From positions 1 to 24,060 of the forward strand of contig JBBCAX010000435.1 of the NCBI GenBank assembly GCA_051382335.1: a stretch of DNA of 24,060 nucleotides, given 5' to 3'. The stretch comes from Deltaproteobacteria bacterium TL4 (lineage in GTDB: Bacteria; SAR324; NAC60-12). Made by a program: the position numbers and the translations under genes. Position 1 is the stretch's first letter, and every line of letters starts with the position of its first letter. Below, piece by piece: positions 6,858-16,238 of this stretch. A model generated the notes under the pieces. It worked only from the letters and a program-made list of their open reading frames with translations, did no database searches and was not told the DNA's origin.

Positions 6858-9590
6858 ATGTTTAATTTTCTCGGCAAAAGTATTGTAACCCGTTTTAATG
6901 CCATCCTTCTGACCCTCATCATCGTAGGATTGCTTGGTTTTTCAATGGGCATAGGCTTTTATAACTACAACCGAACCATCCAGGAATTGATTGACAAATC
7001 CAATACCTTGACCGGTCTTGCGTCGATTAGTCTAAAAGAACCCGTCTGGAACATTGATGAAAAAGGTTTAGCCAGTATCGCTGAAGCCATTTTTTTAGAC
7101 AAAGACGTGGTGGGTTTATTAGTATTCGGTGAAGATGGCCCTGAAACTTCGACCCTAATTTCAAAAAAGCGTGGCAGCGTTAAGGATATGAAATTTCAGG
7201 AAATGGAAAAATTCAAGCAAGTTCTTTATGTCAAGAAACCCATTCGTAATGACGAAGGCGCACAAATTGGGGCCGTGCACATGATCACAACCACGCTCAA
7301 AGCAAAGGAGTTGATTGAATACACGACGATGATGATTCTACTTTTTGCTTTTGGGCTGATTTTGATTATGGGGTTCATTACCTGGATTACAGGAAGAACG
7401 GTTATTCTCAAACCCATCAAAGCGTTAGAGGAAAGCGCAAACCAATTGGCAGGGGGTAAATTAAATACCAAAATTGACGTCAGTCGAAAAGATGAGTTGG
7501 GACGTTTAGCACACAGTTTTGCTGATATGCGGGACTCCATCCGTAAGAAAATTGAAGACCTGCATATTCTCAATATCACGGGTGAAACATTAGCGGGGAT
7601 GCATTCACAAACAGAAGCACTCAAAACCGCATTAAAAGTCATGAAACAGCAGACTCATGTCCAATGGGGTTCTATTTATTTGTTGAAAGAAAAAAATGAA
7701 CTACACATGGACACCTTCCATCCCGAACGTGAAGATGCGACCACGCCTCAGTCTTTTCAATTAGGAGAAGGGATCGCGGGAAAAGCCGCCGCAGAAAATC
7801 AAATCATTTACATCGCTGATACCTCCAAGGAAATAAACTACATTAAAGCTAATTCAACCGACGAACCTCGCGCCTTGCTTTGTGTTCCCATGATGGATGA
7901 CAAGGAAGTCTTTGGTGTTATGAATTTTTCTGGCCAAGTGGGTGAAGTTCAATTTGAAAAATCAGATCAGGAATTTGCCCTCACCATTGCCAGAATGACT
8001 GTCGTTGCAACTAAAAACATTCAAATGCTGGAAGTTATTAAAGAACAAAACCGAACCTTGGAGCAAAAAGTAGAAGAACGAACCGCTGAACTGAAACAAA
8101 AATCACGGGACATTCAAAATATGTTGGAAAACATGCATCAAGGAATATTCACGGTTATCGATGATAATGTCATTCACCCTGAATATTCGTTACATCTGGA
8201 AGAGATCCTGGAAACCCGAGAAATCGCAGGCGTTCCCGTCATGGACTTTCTGTTTAGTAATACGGATATAGGAGCTGATGTTTTCAGTCAGATCGAGACC
8301 GCTATTGATGCTTTAATTGGGTGTGATTTGATGATGTTTGATTTCAACGCGCATTTATTGGTGAGTGAAATCACAAAAACCTTTTCTGATGGAAAAACAA
8401 AAATTATTGAAATCGACTGGGATCCTATTACCAATGACCTGAATGAAATCGAAAAATTAATGATTACGGTTCGTGATGTGACGCTGTTACGCGGACTACA
8501 AGCAGAAGCCGAACAGCAAAGGCAAGAGCTTGAAATTATTGGGCAAATATTATCAATCTCTCAAGAAAAATTTCAAAGTTTCCTTAAAACCTCTCACGAC
8601 TACATTTCTGAGAATGAAAAACTCATACAACAGACCAACTCCAAAGACCCTGAAGTCATCGCGACTTTATTCCGAAATATGCATACCATTAAGGGAAATG
8701 CCAGAACCTATGGTTTCAACCACCTAACTGATGCTATCCATGAAGCGGAACAAACGTATCAAGATTTGCGGAAAATAGCTGACGTTCAATGGAGTAAAGC
8801 TCGTTTGCTTAACGAACTTCACTCTGCTGAAAATTATATTGATAAGTATGAACAACTTTATCAAAGTAAATTGAGCGGTCTCTTTGCTGGCCAAAAAGGC
8901 GTGCTGATACCTGATGCGCTCTATTCAAAAATCAAAGAGGCGTTACTGAAATCCGAAATGGATAAAATCGCTGTTTTAATGGAGGCTGTTGATACGGAGA
9001 ACATGGAAGCTGTTTTAGAAGGGATCATCGCGGCCATTCCTTCCTTATCCGAACAATTAGGTAAGACGATTCCCCGGGTTAAACTGGTTGATAATCAAAT
9101 TCGGATTAAAAAGGACATCATTCCTGTCCTCAAAGATATCTTCATGCATATTTTCAGAAACTCTCTGGATCATGGATTAGAACTCCCTGATGAACGAAAA
9201 GCGACAGGAAAACCTGATGAAACAAACATCACTCTTGAGGCTAATTATATCAATGGAAAACTGACCTTCGTCTTCCAGGATGATGGCCGGGGTTTAGCCC
9301 TTCCTCTCATCCGTCAGAAAGCCATTGAAAATGGACTTATGCAAGAAACGCAAGAGTTCTCGGATGAAGAAATTGCCACATTTCTTTTTAAATCAGGTGT
9401 TTCAACCGCAGAATCGATCACCAATGTGTCAGGAAGAGGAGTGGGGATGGACGCGGTGAAAAACTTCCTCAAAAAATACGGAGGGGAAATTGAAATCAAA
9501 TTCACTGGAGAAAAACGCGAAAATGGTTTCCGCCCCTTTGCCCAGGTGATGACGTTGCCAAAAGATATTTCGGTTCAACTGCCATCATAA
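6858..9590 (+). CDS. membrane-bound CheA-like (class III-type) sensor histidine kinase: TM-periplasmic-TM-HAMP-GAF-S helix-PAS-like-HPt-HATPase, no CheW domain
   Basis: RBS AAAGGAG. Two TMs; HAMP (PIKAL...SRKDELGRLAHSF); GAF (GEGIAG...LLCVPM...FGVMNF); signalling helix (LEQKVEERTAEL); HPt (FRNMHTIKGNA, His609). CheA-type N box HIFRNSLDHGLE, G1 DDGRGL, and GVSTA..ITNVSGRGVGMDAV. The protein ends right after the ATPase domain. Confidence 0.88.
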   Translation: MFNFLGKSIVTRFNAILLTLIIVGLLGFSMGIGFYNYNRTIQELIDKSNTLTGLASISLKEPVWNIDEKGLASIAEAIFLDKDVVGLLVFGEDGPETSTLISKKRGSVKDMKFQEMEKFKQVLYVKKPIRNDEGAQIGAVHMITTTLKAKELIEYTTMMILLFAFGLILIMGFITWITGRTVILKPIKALEESANQLAGGKLNTKIDVSRKDELGRLAHSFADMRDSIRKKIEDLHILNITGETLAGMHSQTEALKTALKVMKQQTHVQWGSIYLLKEKNELHMDTFHPEREDATTPQSFQLGEGIAGKAAAENQIIYIADTSKEINYIKANSTDEPRALLCVPMMDDKEVFGVMNFSGQVGEVQFEKSDQEFALTIARMTVVATKNIQMLEVIKEQNRTLEQKVEERTAELKQKSRDIQNMLENMHQGIFTVIDDNVIHPEYSLHLEEILETREIAGVPVMDFLFSNTDIGADVFSQIETAIDALIGCDLMMFDFNAHLLVSEITKTFSDGKTKIIEIDWDPITNDLNEIEKLMITVRDVTLLRGLQAEAEQQRQELEIIGQILSISQEKFQSFLKTSHDYISENEKLIQQTNSKDPEVIATLFRNMHTIKGNARTYGFNHLTDAIHEAEQTYQDLRKIADVQWSKARLLNELHSAENYIDKYEQLYQSKLSGLFAGQKGVLIPDALYSKIKEALLKSEMDKIAVLMEAVDTENMEAVLEGIIAAIPSLSEQLGKTIPRVKLVDNQIRIKKDIIPVLKDIFMHIFRNSLDHGLELPDERKATGKPDETNITLEANYINGKLTFVFQDDGRGLALPLIRQKAIENGLMQETQEFSDEEIATFLFKSGVSTAESITNVSGRGVGMDAVKNFLKKYGGEIEIKFTGEKRENGFRPFAQVMTLPKDISVQLPS

Positions 9591-9646
9591 GTTAATTTGA
9601 AACATTAGAAACCTCTGCTCAATTTTAAGATAAACTCATATTGCAC

Positions 9647-9675
9647 TTGTCTTTTATTTAGCTTCCGTTTAGTTT
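9647..9675 (+). promoter_or_regulatory. candidate sigma70 promoter for dapB
   Basis: TTGTCT (9647-9652), 17-bp spacer, TAGTTT (9670-9675). Confidence 0.35.
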
Positions 9676-9688
9676 TTCTGGCCTGAAT

Positions 9689-9710
9689 GTCCTAGAAATA
9701 GGACTTTTCT
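9689..9710 (+). terminator. short hairpin + U-run (possible intrinsic terminator or leader element)
   Basis: GTCCTA-GAAA-TAGGAC perfect 6-bp stem with a GNRA loop, followed by TTTTCT. Confidence 0.4.
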
Positions 9711-9760
9711 GTACATAGGAAAAGCCTCTTAAAATCTGTTAATCATCCAATAAGGTATCT

Positions 9761-10495
9761 GTGGAATTAATTCGTGTACTCGTCAATGGGGCGAAAGGCC
9801 GTATGGGGCAAGAAACGGTTAAAGCAATTACAGCCGATGTTGAATTAGAACTCGTAGCCCAAACTGATCTGGAAAATAATTTATCTGAAACCATTAAAGA
9901 GACGGGAGCCCAAGTTGTTGTTGATTTCACAACGGCCAGTAGCTCCTATGAAAACACAAAACTCATCCTTGAGTCGGGTGCTCGGCCCGTCATAGGCACC
10001 AGTGGTCTGCTCCCTGAGCAGATTAAAGAACTTCAGGAGTTATGCCTACAAAAAAATAGTGGAGGGTTGATTGCCCCAAACTTTGCGATTGGCGCGGTAC
10101 TCATGATGAAATTTGCCAAAGAAGCGGCACGATACCTTCCTCATGTGGAAATCATTGAATTACATCATGACCGGAAAGCAGACGCCCCCTCAGGGACAGC
10201 CCTCAAAACCGCGGATATGATTGCGGAATCACGACAATATACTCCTCAACCCTTGGAAGAAAAAGAGTTGCTTGCAGGCGCACGGGGTGCAAAAGCACAG
10301 AACATCCACATTCACTCGATTCGACTTCCAGGTCTCGTCGCGCATCAGGAAGTGCTCTTTGGAGGTCAAAGCCAGACCTTGTCCATTCGTCATGATTCTA
10401 TTCACCGGGATTCTTTCATGCCTGGTGTTTGCCTCGCGTGCAAAAAAGTTATGAAATTGCGGGAATTGGTTTACGGTCTGGAAAACCTCCTATAG
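9761..10495 (+). CDS. dapB: 4-hydroxy-tetrahydrodipicolinate reductase
   Basis: GTG start with TAAGG RBS. N-terminal GAKGRMG nucleotide-binding motif, VDFT, IGTSG, APNFAIG, catalytic ELHHDRKADAPSGTA, HSIRLPG..AHQEV. Confidence 0.96.
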   Translation: MELIRVLVNGAKGRMGQETVKAITADVELELVAQTDLENNLSETIKETGAQVVVDFTTASSSYENTKLILESGARPVIGTSGLLPEQIKELQELCLQKNSGGLIAPNFAIGAVLMMKFAKEAARYLPHVEIIELHHDRKADAPSGTALKTADMIAESRQYTPQPLEEKELLAGARGAKAQNIHIHSIRLPGLVAHQEVLFGGQSQTLSIRHDSIHRDSFMPGVCLACKKVMKLRELVYGLENLL

Positions 10496-10623
10496 ACACA
10501 GATTACAGCATTTTGCTCCTCACCTTTTCAGGAAATACCGATACGCTTGTGTTGAGCGGAACACGAATGAGTATTCGACTTTGGTCACAAGATTTAACCC
10601 AACATATCTTTATAAAAATTGTT

Positions 10624-13302
10624 ATGAACAGTCCTATAGAAAAAGCCTACGAGCCTAAAAGCTTTGAAAAGCGAATTTATCAAAAATGGGAAGAAACCGG
10701 TACCTTTATTGCGGATGCGAACTCTTCCAAAAAACCATTTGTGATTTCCATGCCGCCCCCTAACGCAACCGGACAACTTCACGTCGGGCATGCTGTCATG
10801 CTCGCCATAGAAGATATTTTGATCCGTTGGCACAGAATGCAAGGTTATGAAGCCTTATGGCTGCCTGGAACTGATCATGCGGCAATTGCTACAGAAAACG
10901 TGGTTTTGAAGAAAATCAAAGAAGAGGAAAGAATTAAAAACCCTCGGGAAACTCTTGGACGCGAAGAAGTTCTGAAAAGAATTTTTGAATATGTTGAAAA
11001 TTCACGAGGTACGATTCGAAATCAAATTCGCGCGTTAGGCGCAAGTTGTGATTGGAGTCGTGAGCGTTTTACCATGGACCCACAGCTCAACCGCTGTGTC
11101 AACTCCATCTTTAATCGTATGTATGAACAGGGATTGATCTATCGGGGAAATCGTATTGTAAACTGGGATCCTACCTTACAAACCACGATTTCTGATGACG
11201 AAATTGATCATGTTGAAACGATGTCGACCCTGTATTACATGCAATATGGTCCCTTTGTCGTGGCGACAAGCCGCCCCGAAACCAAACTTGGGGATACAGG
11301 AATAGCCGTTCATCCCGAAGATGAACGTTATACCTCCTACATTGGCCAAACCCTCACCGTCACCTGGCCTAAAGGGCAAGAGATTCAGGTCAAAGTTTTC
11401 GGAAACACGCATGTTGATCCAAAATTTGGTTCAGGTGTCATTGGAGTTACGCCTGCCCACAGTCAGATTGACTTTGATATGGCCCAAGAACACAACTTGG
11501 AGATCCTTCAAATCATAGGTGAAAATGGATGCATGCTGGAAACAGCAGGGTGTTATCAAGGCATGACCGTAAAGGAATGCCGTGAGGCTTTCATCCAGGA
11601 TTTAGAGGCTGCGGGGCTGATGGTCAAAAAAGAACCCTACCAACAGCCTCTTTCCATTTGCTATCGGTCCAAACAACCCATTGAGCCGCTGCCTAAGAAG
11701 CAATGGTTCATTGATGTCAATAAACCTGTAGTTTCCTGGAAAGGAAAGACACAAAGTTTGAAAGCTATTCTCATCGAAGTAGTTCGTTCCAATCAAATCA
11801 ATATTGTTCCCGAACGTTTCAACACCACTTATTTTCACTGGGTTGAAAACTTGAAAGATTGGTGTATTTCCCGTCAAATCTGGTGGGGCCATCAAGTCCC
11901 GGTATGGTATCGTAAGGAAGAAATCCATGTTGATCTTCAACCGCCTCAGGGCGAAGGCTGGGAACAAGACCCTGATACCCTGGATACCTGGTTCTCCTCC
12001 GCCCTTTGGACCTGGAGCACGCTTATTGATCCAAAACAGGCTCAGGATTACACACTTTCTTTTGAAGAACTCTTAAAACGCAGTCCGGATTTTCAAAAAT
12101 TTCATCCGACTCATGTCATGGAAACAGGATACGATATTTTGTTTTTTTGGGTTGCCCGGATGATCCTGATGACCACTTACATGATAGGAGACATTCCTTT
12201 TGAAAATGTCTATCTTCACGGAATGGTTCGTACTCGTGAGGGGAAGAAAATGTCCAAATCGGATCCTGAACATTGTATTGACCCTCTGGAAAGCATTGAT
12301 CAATACGGAACAGATGCCTTACGGCTTGCCTTAGTATCAGGCACCGCGCCAGGCATGGATTTAAAGCTGTATCCCGAAAAACTTGAAAGCTGCAAACGTT
12401 TTGTCAATAAACTATGGAATGCCGGACGATATATTTTAATAACCATTCCGCCTGATACACCGTCATCCGTCCCCCAAAAGGTTCAGTCACCTTACGCGCA
12501 ATGGATGCTCCACCGTTTGAATCAATTGACCGAATCGGTTCAAGGGAGTTTAATTCAGTTTAGATTATCAGATGTCATTGAAAATTTGCGTCAGTTCTTC
12601 TGGGGTGATTTTTGTGACTGGTATCTGGAAATGGATAAAAAACCAGAGCGTAATGCGGAGGACAATCAAGTGTTATGCTATGCTTACACCACCTTACTCA
12701 AACTCATGCACCCTTATATCCCTTTTGTCACAGAAGCACTTTGGGAGCATTTCCAAACCAAAGAAATGCTGATTAAGGCCGCTTGGCCCAAGCCTTGTGA
12801 GGAGCATCATTTTCCTGAAGCGGAGGCACAAATATCGCTCATTCAGGAGGCCATCACTCAGATCAGAGCCTTGCGAGATAAAGCGAATATTGGTTTGAAT
12901 CAGAAAGTTGAAGCCAGCATCGACTCGGTGACGCATGTTGCGCTCTTTCAAGAACACCAAGCACTCATGATCCGACTTGCCCGTTTGAGCAACCTGGTGA
13001 CTCGGAATCAAGAACCCAACGCGAATAATGAGGCGCTCAGTTCCTATTTTTCAGACACGCTCGTTCAAATCAATGCCTCTGCCGTGGATTGGACTCAGGA
13101 ACTGGAAAACCTTGGAAAGAAACTCAACAATGAGGAAGCCTTTGTGCTCAAAAGTATTAAAAAGCTGGAAAATCCAAATTTTATAAACAATGCACCGACT
13201 CCTGTGATAGCAGAATTGAAAGGAAAAATAGAAACCTCTCAAAAAACGATTGACGCCTTAAAACAACAAATCGATGAACTTAAATCTTTAGCAAATCCGT
13301 AA
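10624..13302 (+). CDS. valS: valyl-tRNA synthetase (start most likely ATG 10624, MNSPIEKAYEP)
   Basis: PPPNATGQLHVGH (HIGH), GTDHA, DWSRERFT, DWCISRQIWWGH, DTWFSS, DILFFWVARM, KMSKS, FCDWYLE and the C-terminal coiled coil with KLENPNF. Confidence 0.96.
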   Translation: MNSPIEKAYEPKSFEKRIYQKWEETGTFIADANSSKKPFVISMPPPNATGQLHVGHAVMLAIEDILIRWHRMQGYEALWLPGTDHAAIATENVVLKKIKEEERIKNPRETLGREEVLKRIFEYVENSRGTIRNQIRALGASCDWSRERFTMDPQLNRCVNSIFNRMYEQGLIYRGNRIVNWDPTLQTTISDDEIDHVETMSTLYYMQYGPFVVATSRPETKLGDTGIAVHPEDERYTSYIGQTLTVTWPKGQEIQVKVFGNTHVDPKFGSGVIGVTPAHSQIDFDMAQEHNLEILQIIGENGCMLETAGCYQGMTVKECREAFIQDLEAAGLMVKKEPYQQPLSICYRSKQPIEPLPKKQWFIDVNKPVVSWKGKTQSLKAILIEVVRSNQINIVPERFNTTYFHWVENLKDWCISRQIWWGHQVPVWYRKEEIHVDLQPPQGEGWEQDPDTLDTWFSSALWTWSTLIDPKQAQDYTLSFEELLKRSPDFQKFHPTHVMETGYDILFFWVARMILMTTYMIGDIPFENVYLHGMVRTREGKKMSKSDPEHCIDPLESIDQYGTDALRLALVSGTAPGMDLKLYPEKLESCKRFVNKLWNAGRYILITIPPDTPSSVPQKVQSPYAQWMLHRLNQLTESVQGSLIQFRLSDVIENLRQFFWGDFCDWYLEMDKKPERNAEDNQVLCYAYTTLLKLMHPYIPFVTEALWEHFQTKEMLIKAAWPKPCEEHHFPEAEAQISLIQEAITQIRALRDKANIGLNQKVEASIDSVTHVALFQEHQALMIRLARLSNLVTRNQEPNANNEALSSYFSDTLVQINASAVDWTQELENLGKKLNNEEAFVLKSIKKLENPNFINNAPTPVIAELKGKIETSQKTIDALKQQIDELKSLANP

Positions 13303-13335
13303 GAGATTACAGATAAATCAACTGATGGAGAGACC

Positions 13336-15282
13336 ATGAGCGAAACATTCGAAAGTTCCGATGCATTTAAAAAAAACGCATTGATTGATAAAGAAACCTA
13401 TCAAAAGCTGTATCAAGAATCCATTGAAGATCCTGAATCCTTCTGGGCCAAACAAGCAGAGCGTATTGATTGGTTCAAACCTTGGGATCAAGTCATGAAC
13501 GTCGATTATCATTCTGCCGAGATCAGTTGGTTTCGTGGTGCCAAAGTGAATGCCGCTTATAACTGTTTAGATCGGCATCTGAAAACGGATAAAAAAGACC
13601 AGACCGCGCTCATCTGGGAAGGTGACAATCCTGATGAATCGAAAACCTATACCTACCAGGAGCTTCATCGTGAGGTTTGTCGCTTTGCCAATGTATTGAA
13701 AAAAAAGGGTGTTGCCAAAGGAGATCGCGTTATTTTATACATGCCGATGATTCCTGAGCTGGCTTTCGCCGTCTTGGCATGTGCCAGAATCGGGGCGATT
13801 CACTCCGTGGTTTTTGGCGGTTTCAGTGCGGAAGCTTTAAAAAATCGAATCCTGGACTGCACACCCAAAATTCTCATTACCGCTGATGGCGCTTTTCGTG
13901 GAGCCAAAGCCCTGCCCTTAAAGAATGCGTGCGATGACGCGATGCAAGGGACCGAAGTGAGTACCTGCATCGTGATCAAACGAACAGGAGAAGCCGTGAC
14001 CATGACGGCCTCACGTGACGTCTGGCTTCATGAAGAGCTGGCCTCACCTGACATCTCCAACGAATGTCCCGCAGAAGAAATGGATGCGGAAGATCCTTTG
14101 TTCATTCTCTACACTTCCGGTTCCACAGGAAAACCCAAAGGTGTCATGCACACCATAGGGGGTTATCTAGTTTATACCTCACTCACGCATGAGTATGTCT
14201 TTGATTATCACAAAGGTGATATTTACTGGTGTACCGCGGATATCGGCTGGATCACAGGGCACAGTTACATTCTCTATGGTCCCTTGGCAAATGGCGCGAC
14301 AACGTTGATGTATGAAGGTGTTCCCAACTACCCGGATTGGGGCCGATTCTGGGATATTATTGACAAGCACAAAGTGACTATTTTTTATACGGCGCCCACA
14401 GCGATTCGTGCCATTGCAAAAGAAGGCGATGATTATGTAAATAAAAGGGATTTAAGCAGTCTTCGACTCTTGGGAACCGTAGGCGAGCCAATCAACCCTG
14501 AGGCTTGGTTGTGGTATCACAGAGTCGTTGGTAAAGAAAATTGTCCGATTGTTGACACATGGTGGCAAACAGAAACCGGAGGAATCCTGATCACCCCGCT
14601 CCCGGGAGCCATCGCGACCAAACCAGGCTCTGCGACCTTGCCTTTTTTCGGTATTCAACCGGCTTTACTCGATCACAAGGGACAAGAAATTGTGGGTCCC
14701 GGCAAAGGGAATTTGTGCCTTAAAACCTCTTGGCCAAGTCAAATGCGAGGGGTTTATGGAGATCCTGAACGTTTTAAAAATACGTACTTTGTTCAATATC
14801 CTGGATATTACTTCACAGGAGATGGATGTCGTCGTGACGAAGACGGCTACTACTGGATCACGGGACGTGTTGATGATGTTATTAATGTCTCAGGACACCG
14901 CTTGGGGACCGCGGAGATTGAATCCGCACTGGTTTTACACAAATATGTTGCGGAAGCCGCCGTTGTGGGCATTCCTCATCCTGTAAAGGGACAGGCCATT
15001 TATGCGTTTGTCACCTTGAATTCCGGTGCTCGCACATCAAATCAGCTTAAAGCCGAACTCGTTGCCTTGGTACGAAAGGAAATCGGCCCTATCGCCTCCA
15101 TTGACATCATTCAATGGGCCGTGGGGCTTCCTAAAACTCGCAGTGGTAAAATCATGCGAAGAATCTTAAGAAAGATCTCTGCTGGGGATTACAATGATTT
15201 AGGCGATGTCTCGACTCTTGCGGATCCCGGTGTTATTGACAATTTGGTCTTAGGCTACCGTGCCCTTTTGGTTAATGGATAA
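13336..15282 (+). CDS. acs: AMP-forming acetyl-CoA synthetase
   Basis: [73 protein letters not shown] (acetylatable Lys motif). Confidence 0.97.
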   Translation: MSETFESSDAFKKNALIDKETYQKLYQESIEDPESFWAKQAERIDWFKPWDQVMNVDYHSAEISWFRGAKVNAAYNCLDRHLKTDKKDQTALIWEGDNPDESKTYTYQELHREVCRFANVLKKKGVAKGDRVILYMPMIPELAFAVLACARIGAIHSVVFGGFSAEALKNRILDCTPKILITADGAFRGAKALPLKNACDDAMQGTEVSTCIVIKRTGEAVTMTASRDVWLHEELASPDISNECPAEEMDAEDPLFILYTSGSTGKPKGVMHTIGGYLVYTSLTHEYVFDYHKGDIYWCTADIGWITGHSYILYGPLANGATTLMYEGVPNYPDWGRFWDIIDKHKVTIFYTAPTAIRAIAKEGDDYVNKRDLSSLRLLGTVGEPINPEAWLWYHRVVGKENCPIVDTWWQTETGGILITPLPGAIATKPGSATLPFFGIQPALLDHKGQEIVGPGKGNLCLKTSWPSQMRGVYGDPERFKNTYFVQYPGYYFTGDGCRRDEDGYYWITGRVDDVINVSGHRLGTAEIESALVLHKYVAEAAVVGIPHPVKGQAIYAFVTLNSGARTSNQLKAELVALVRKEIGPIASIDIIQWAVGLPKTRSGKIMRRILRKISAGDYNDLGDVSTLADPGVIDNLVLGYRALLVNG

Positions 15283-15296
15283 ACAAACAGGTTGAT

Positions 15297-16238
15297 ATGA
15301 AAGAGACTTTAAAAGTTGCAGTCATTGGTGTTGGATATCTTGGCCGATTTCATGCCCAAAAATACGCGGTCTTGCCCCATTGTGAATTGATCGGGGTCAT
15401 TGATAGTAGTCTCGAACGTGCGAAAGAGGTTGGGGAGGAATTAAACGTTCCCTATTATCAGAATTATGAGGATATCCTTGAAAAGGTTGACGCGGTCAGT
15501 ATTGTCGTTCCCACGGTTTATCACTATGCGATTGCCAAGCCTTTCCTTCAACGGGGCAAACACGTTTTACTGGAAAAACCTTTTGCGGCCACAGTCCCAG
15601 AAGCGAAGGCCTTATTACAGTTAGCAGAAGAAAACAAGGTCTGTCTCCAAATAGGTCATTTAGAACGCTTCAATGTCGTGTTTACAGAATTCCAAAAACT
15701 CATACAAGCCCCACGTTATATAGAAAATATTCGGATTGCACCTTTTCCCAAACGAGGAACCGATGTGGATGTGGTTTTGGATTTGATGATTCACGATATT
15801 GATTTGGTTCTTGCCGTCGTTGGAGAATATCCTTCTTCCGTAGAAGGCTTTGGAGTTTCCATCCTAACCCCTACCACTGATATTGCCAATGCTCGGTTGC
15901 GATTTCCCAATGGCTGTATTGCGGACTTGACCGCAAGCCGGATTTCTGACAAAGCGGAGCGGAAAATGCGTATTTTTCAATCAGGACTTTATCTCTCTCT
16001 CGATTACGGCACAGGAAAAGCCAAAAAGCTCACAGTTTCGCCACATTCCAAACTGACACCAGACGATTTAAAACCGGAAACCTATCAGTTAGCAAAAGCG
16101 GATGCGTTACTCACTGAAATTCAAAGCTTCCTTGCCGCAATTCAAAACAATGAAGAGCCTGAAGTCACCGCATTGGATGGTTTACAAGCGTTAGAAGTTG
16201 CCTGGGAAATAAAAAACCAACTCACTTCTAACTTATAA
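15297..16238 (+). CDS. Gfo/Idh/MocA-family oxidoreductase, GnnA-like (possible UDP-GlcNAc 3-dehydrogenase)
   Basis: GVGYLGRFHA Rossmann motif, LLEKP, GHLERFN, RGTDVDVVLDLMIHDID, DIANARL.F.NGC.A.LTASR. Its stop abuts the lptF start. Confidence 0.8.
   Translation: MKETLKVAVIGVGYLGRFHAQKYAVLPHCELIGVIDSSLERAKEVGEELNVPYYQNYEDILEKVDAVSIVVPTVYHYAIAKPFLQRGKHVLLEKPFAATVPEAKALLQLAEENKVCLQIGHLERFNVVFTEFQKLIQAPRYIENIRIAPFPKRGTDVDVVLDLMIHDIDLVLAVVGEYPSSVEGFGVSILTPTTDIANARLRFPNGCIADLTASRISDKAERKMRIFQSGLYLSLDYGTGKAKKLTVSPHSKLTPDDLKPETYQLAKADALLTEIQSFLAAIQNNEEPEVTALDGLQALEVAWEIKNQLTSNL

Noticed and set aside
6858..9590. Calling the kinase cheA or part of a chemotaxis operon
   Set aside because: It has TM/HAMP/GAF inputs, lacks the CheW domain, and has no neighbouring che genes.
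10429..10623. 65-aa N-terminal extension of ValS in the ORF track
   Set aside because: It overlaps the dapB 3' end and has no ValRS similarity; recognisable ValRS sequence begins at MNSPIEKAYEP (10624).
10496..10623. T-box riboswitch upstream of valS
   Set aside because: No GGTGGNACC-type T-box sequence or terminator, and the region is too short.
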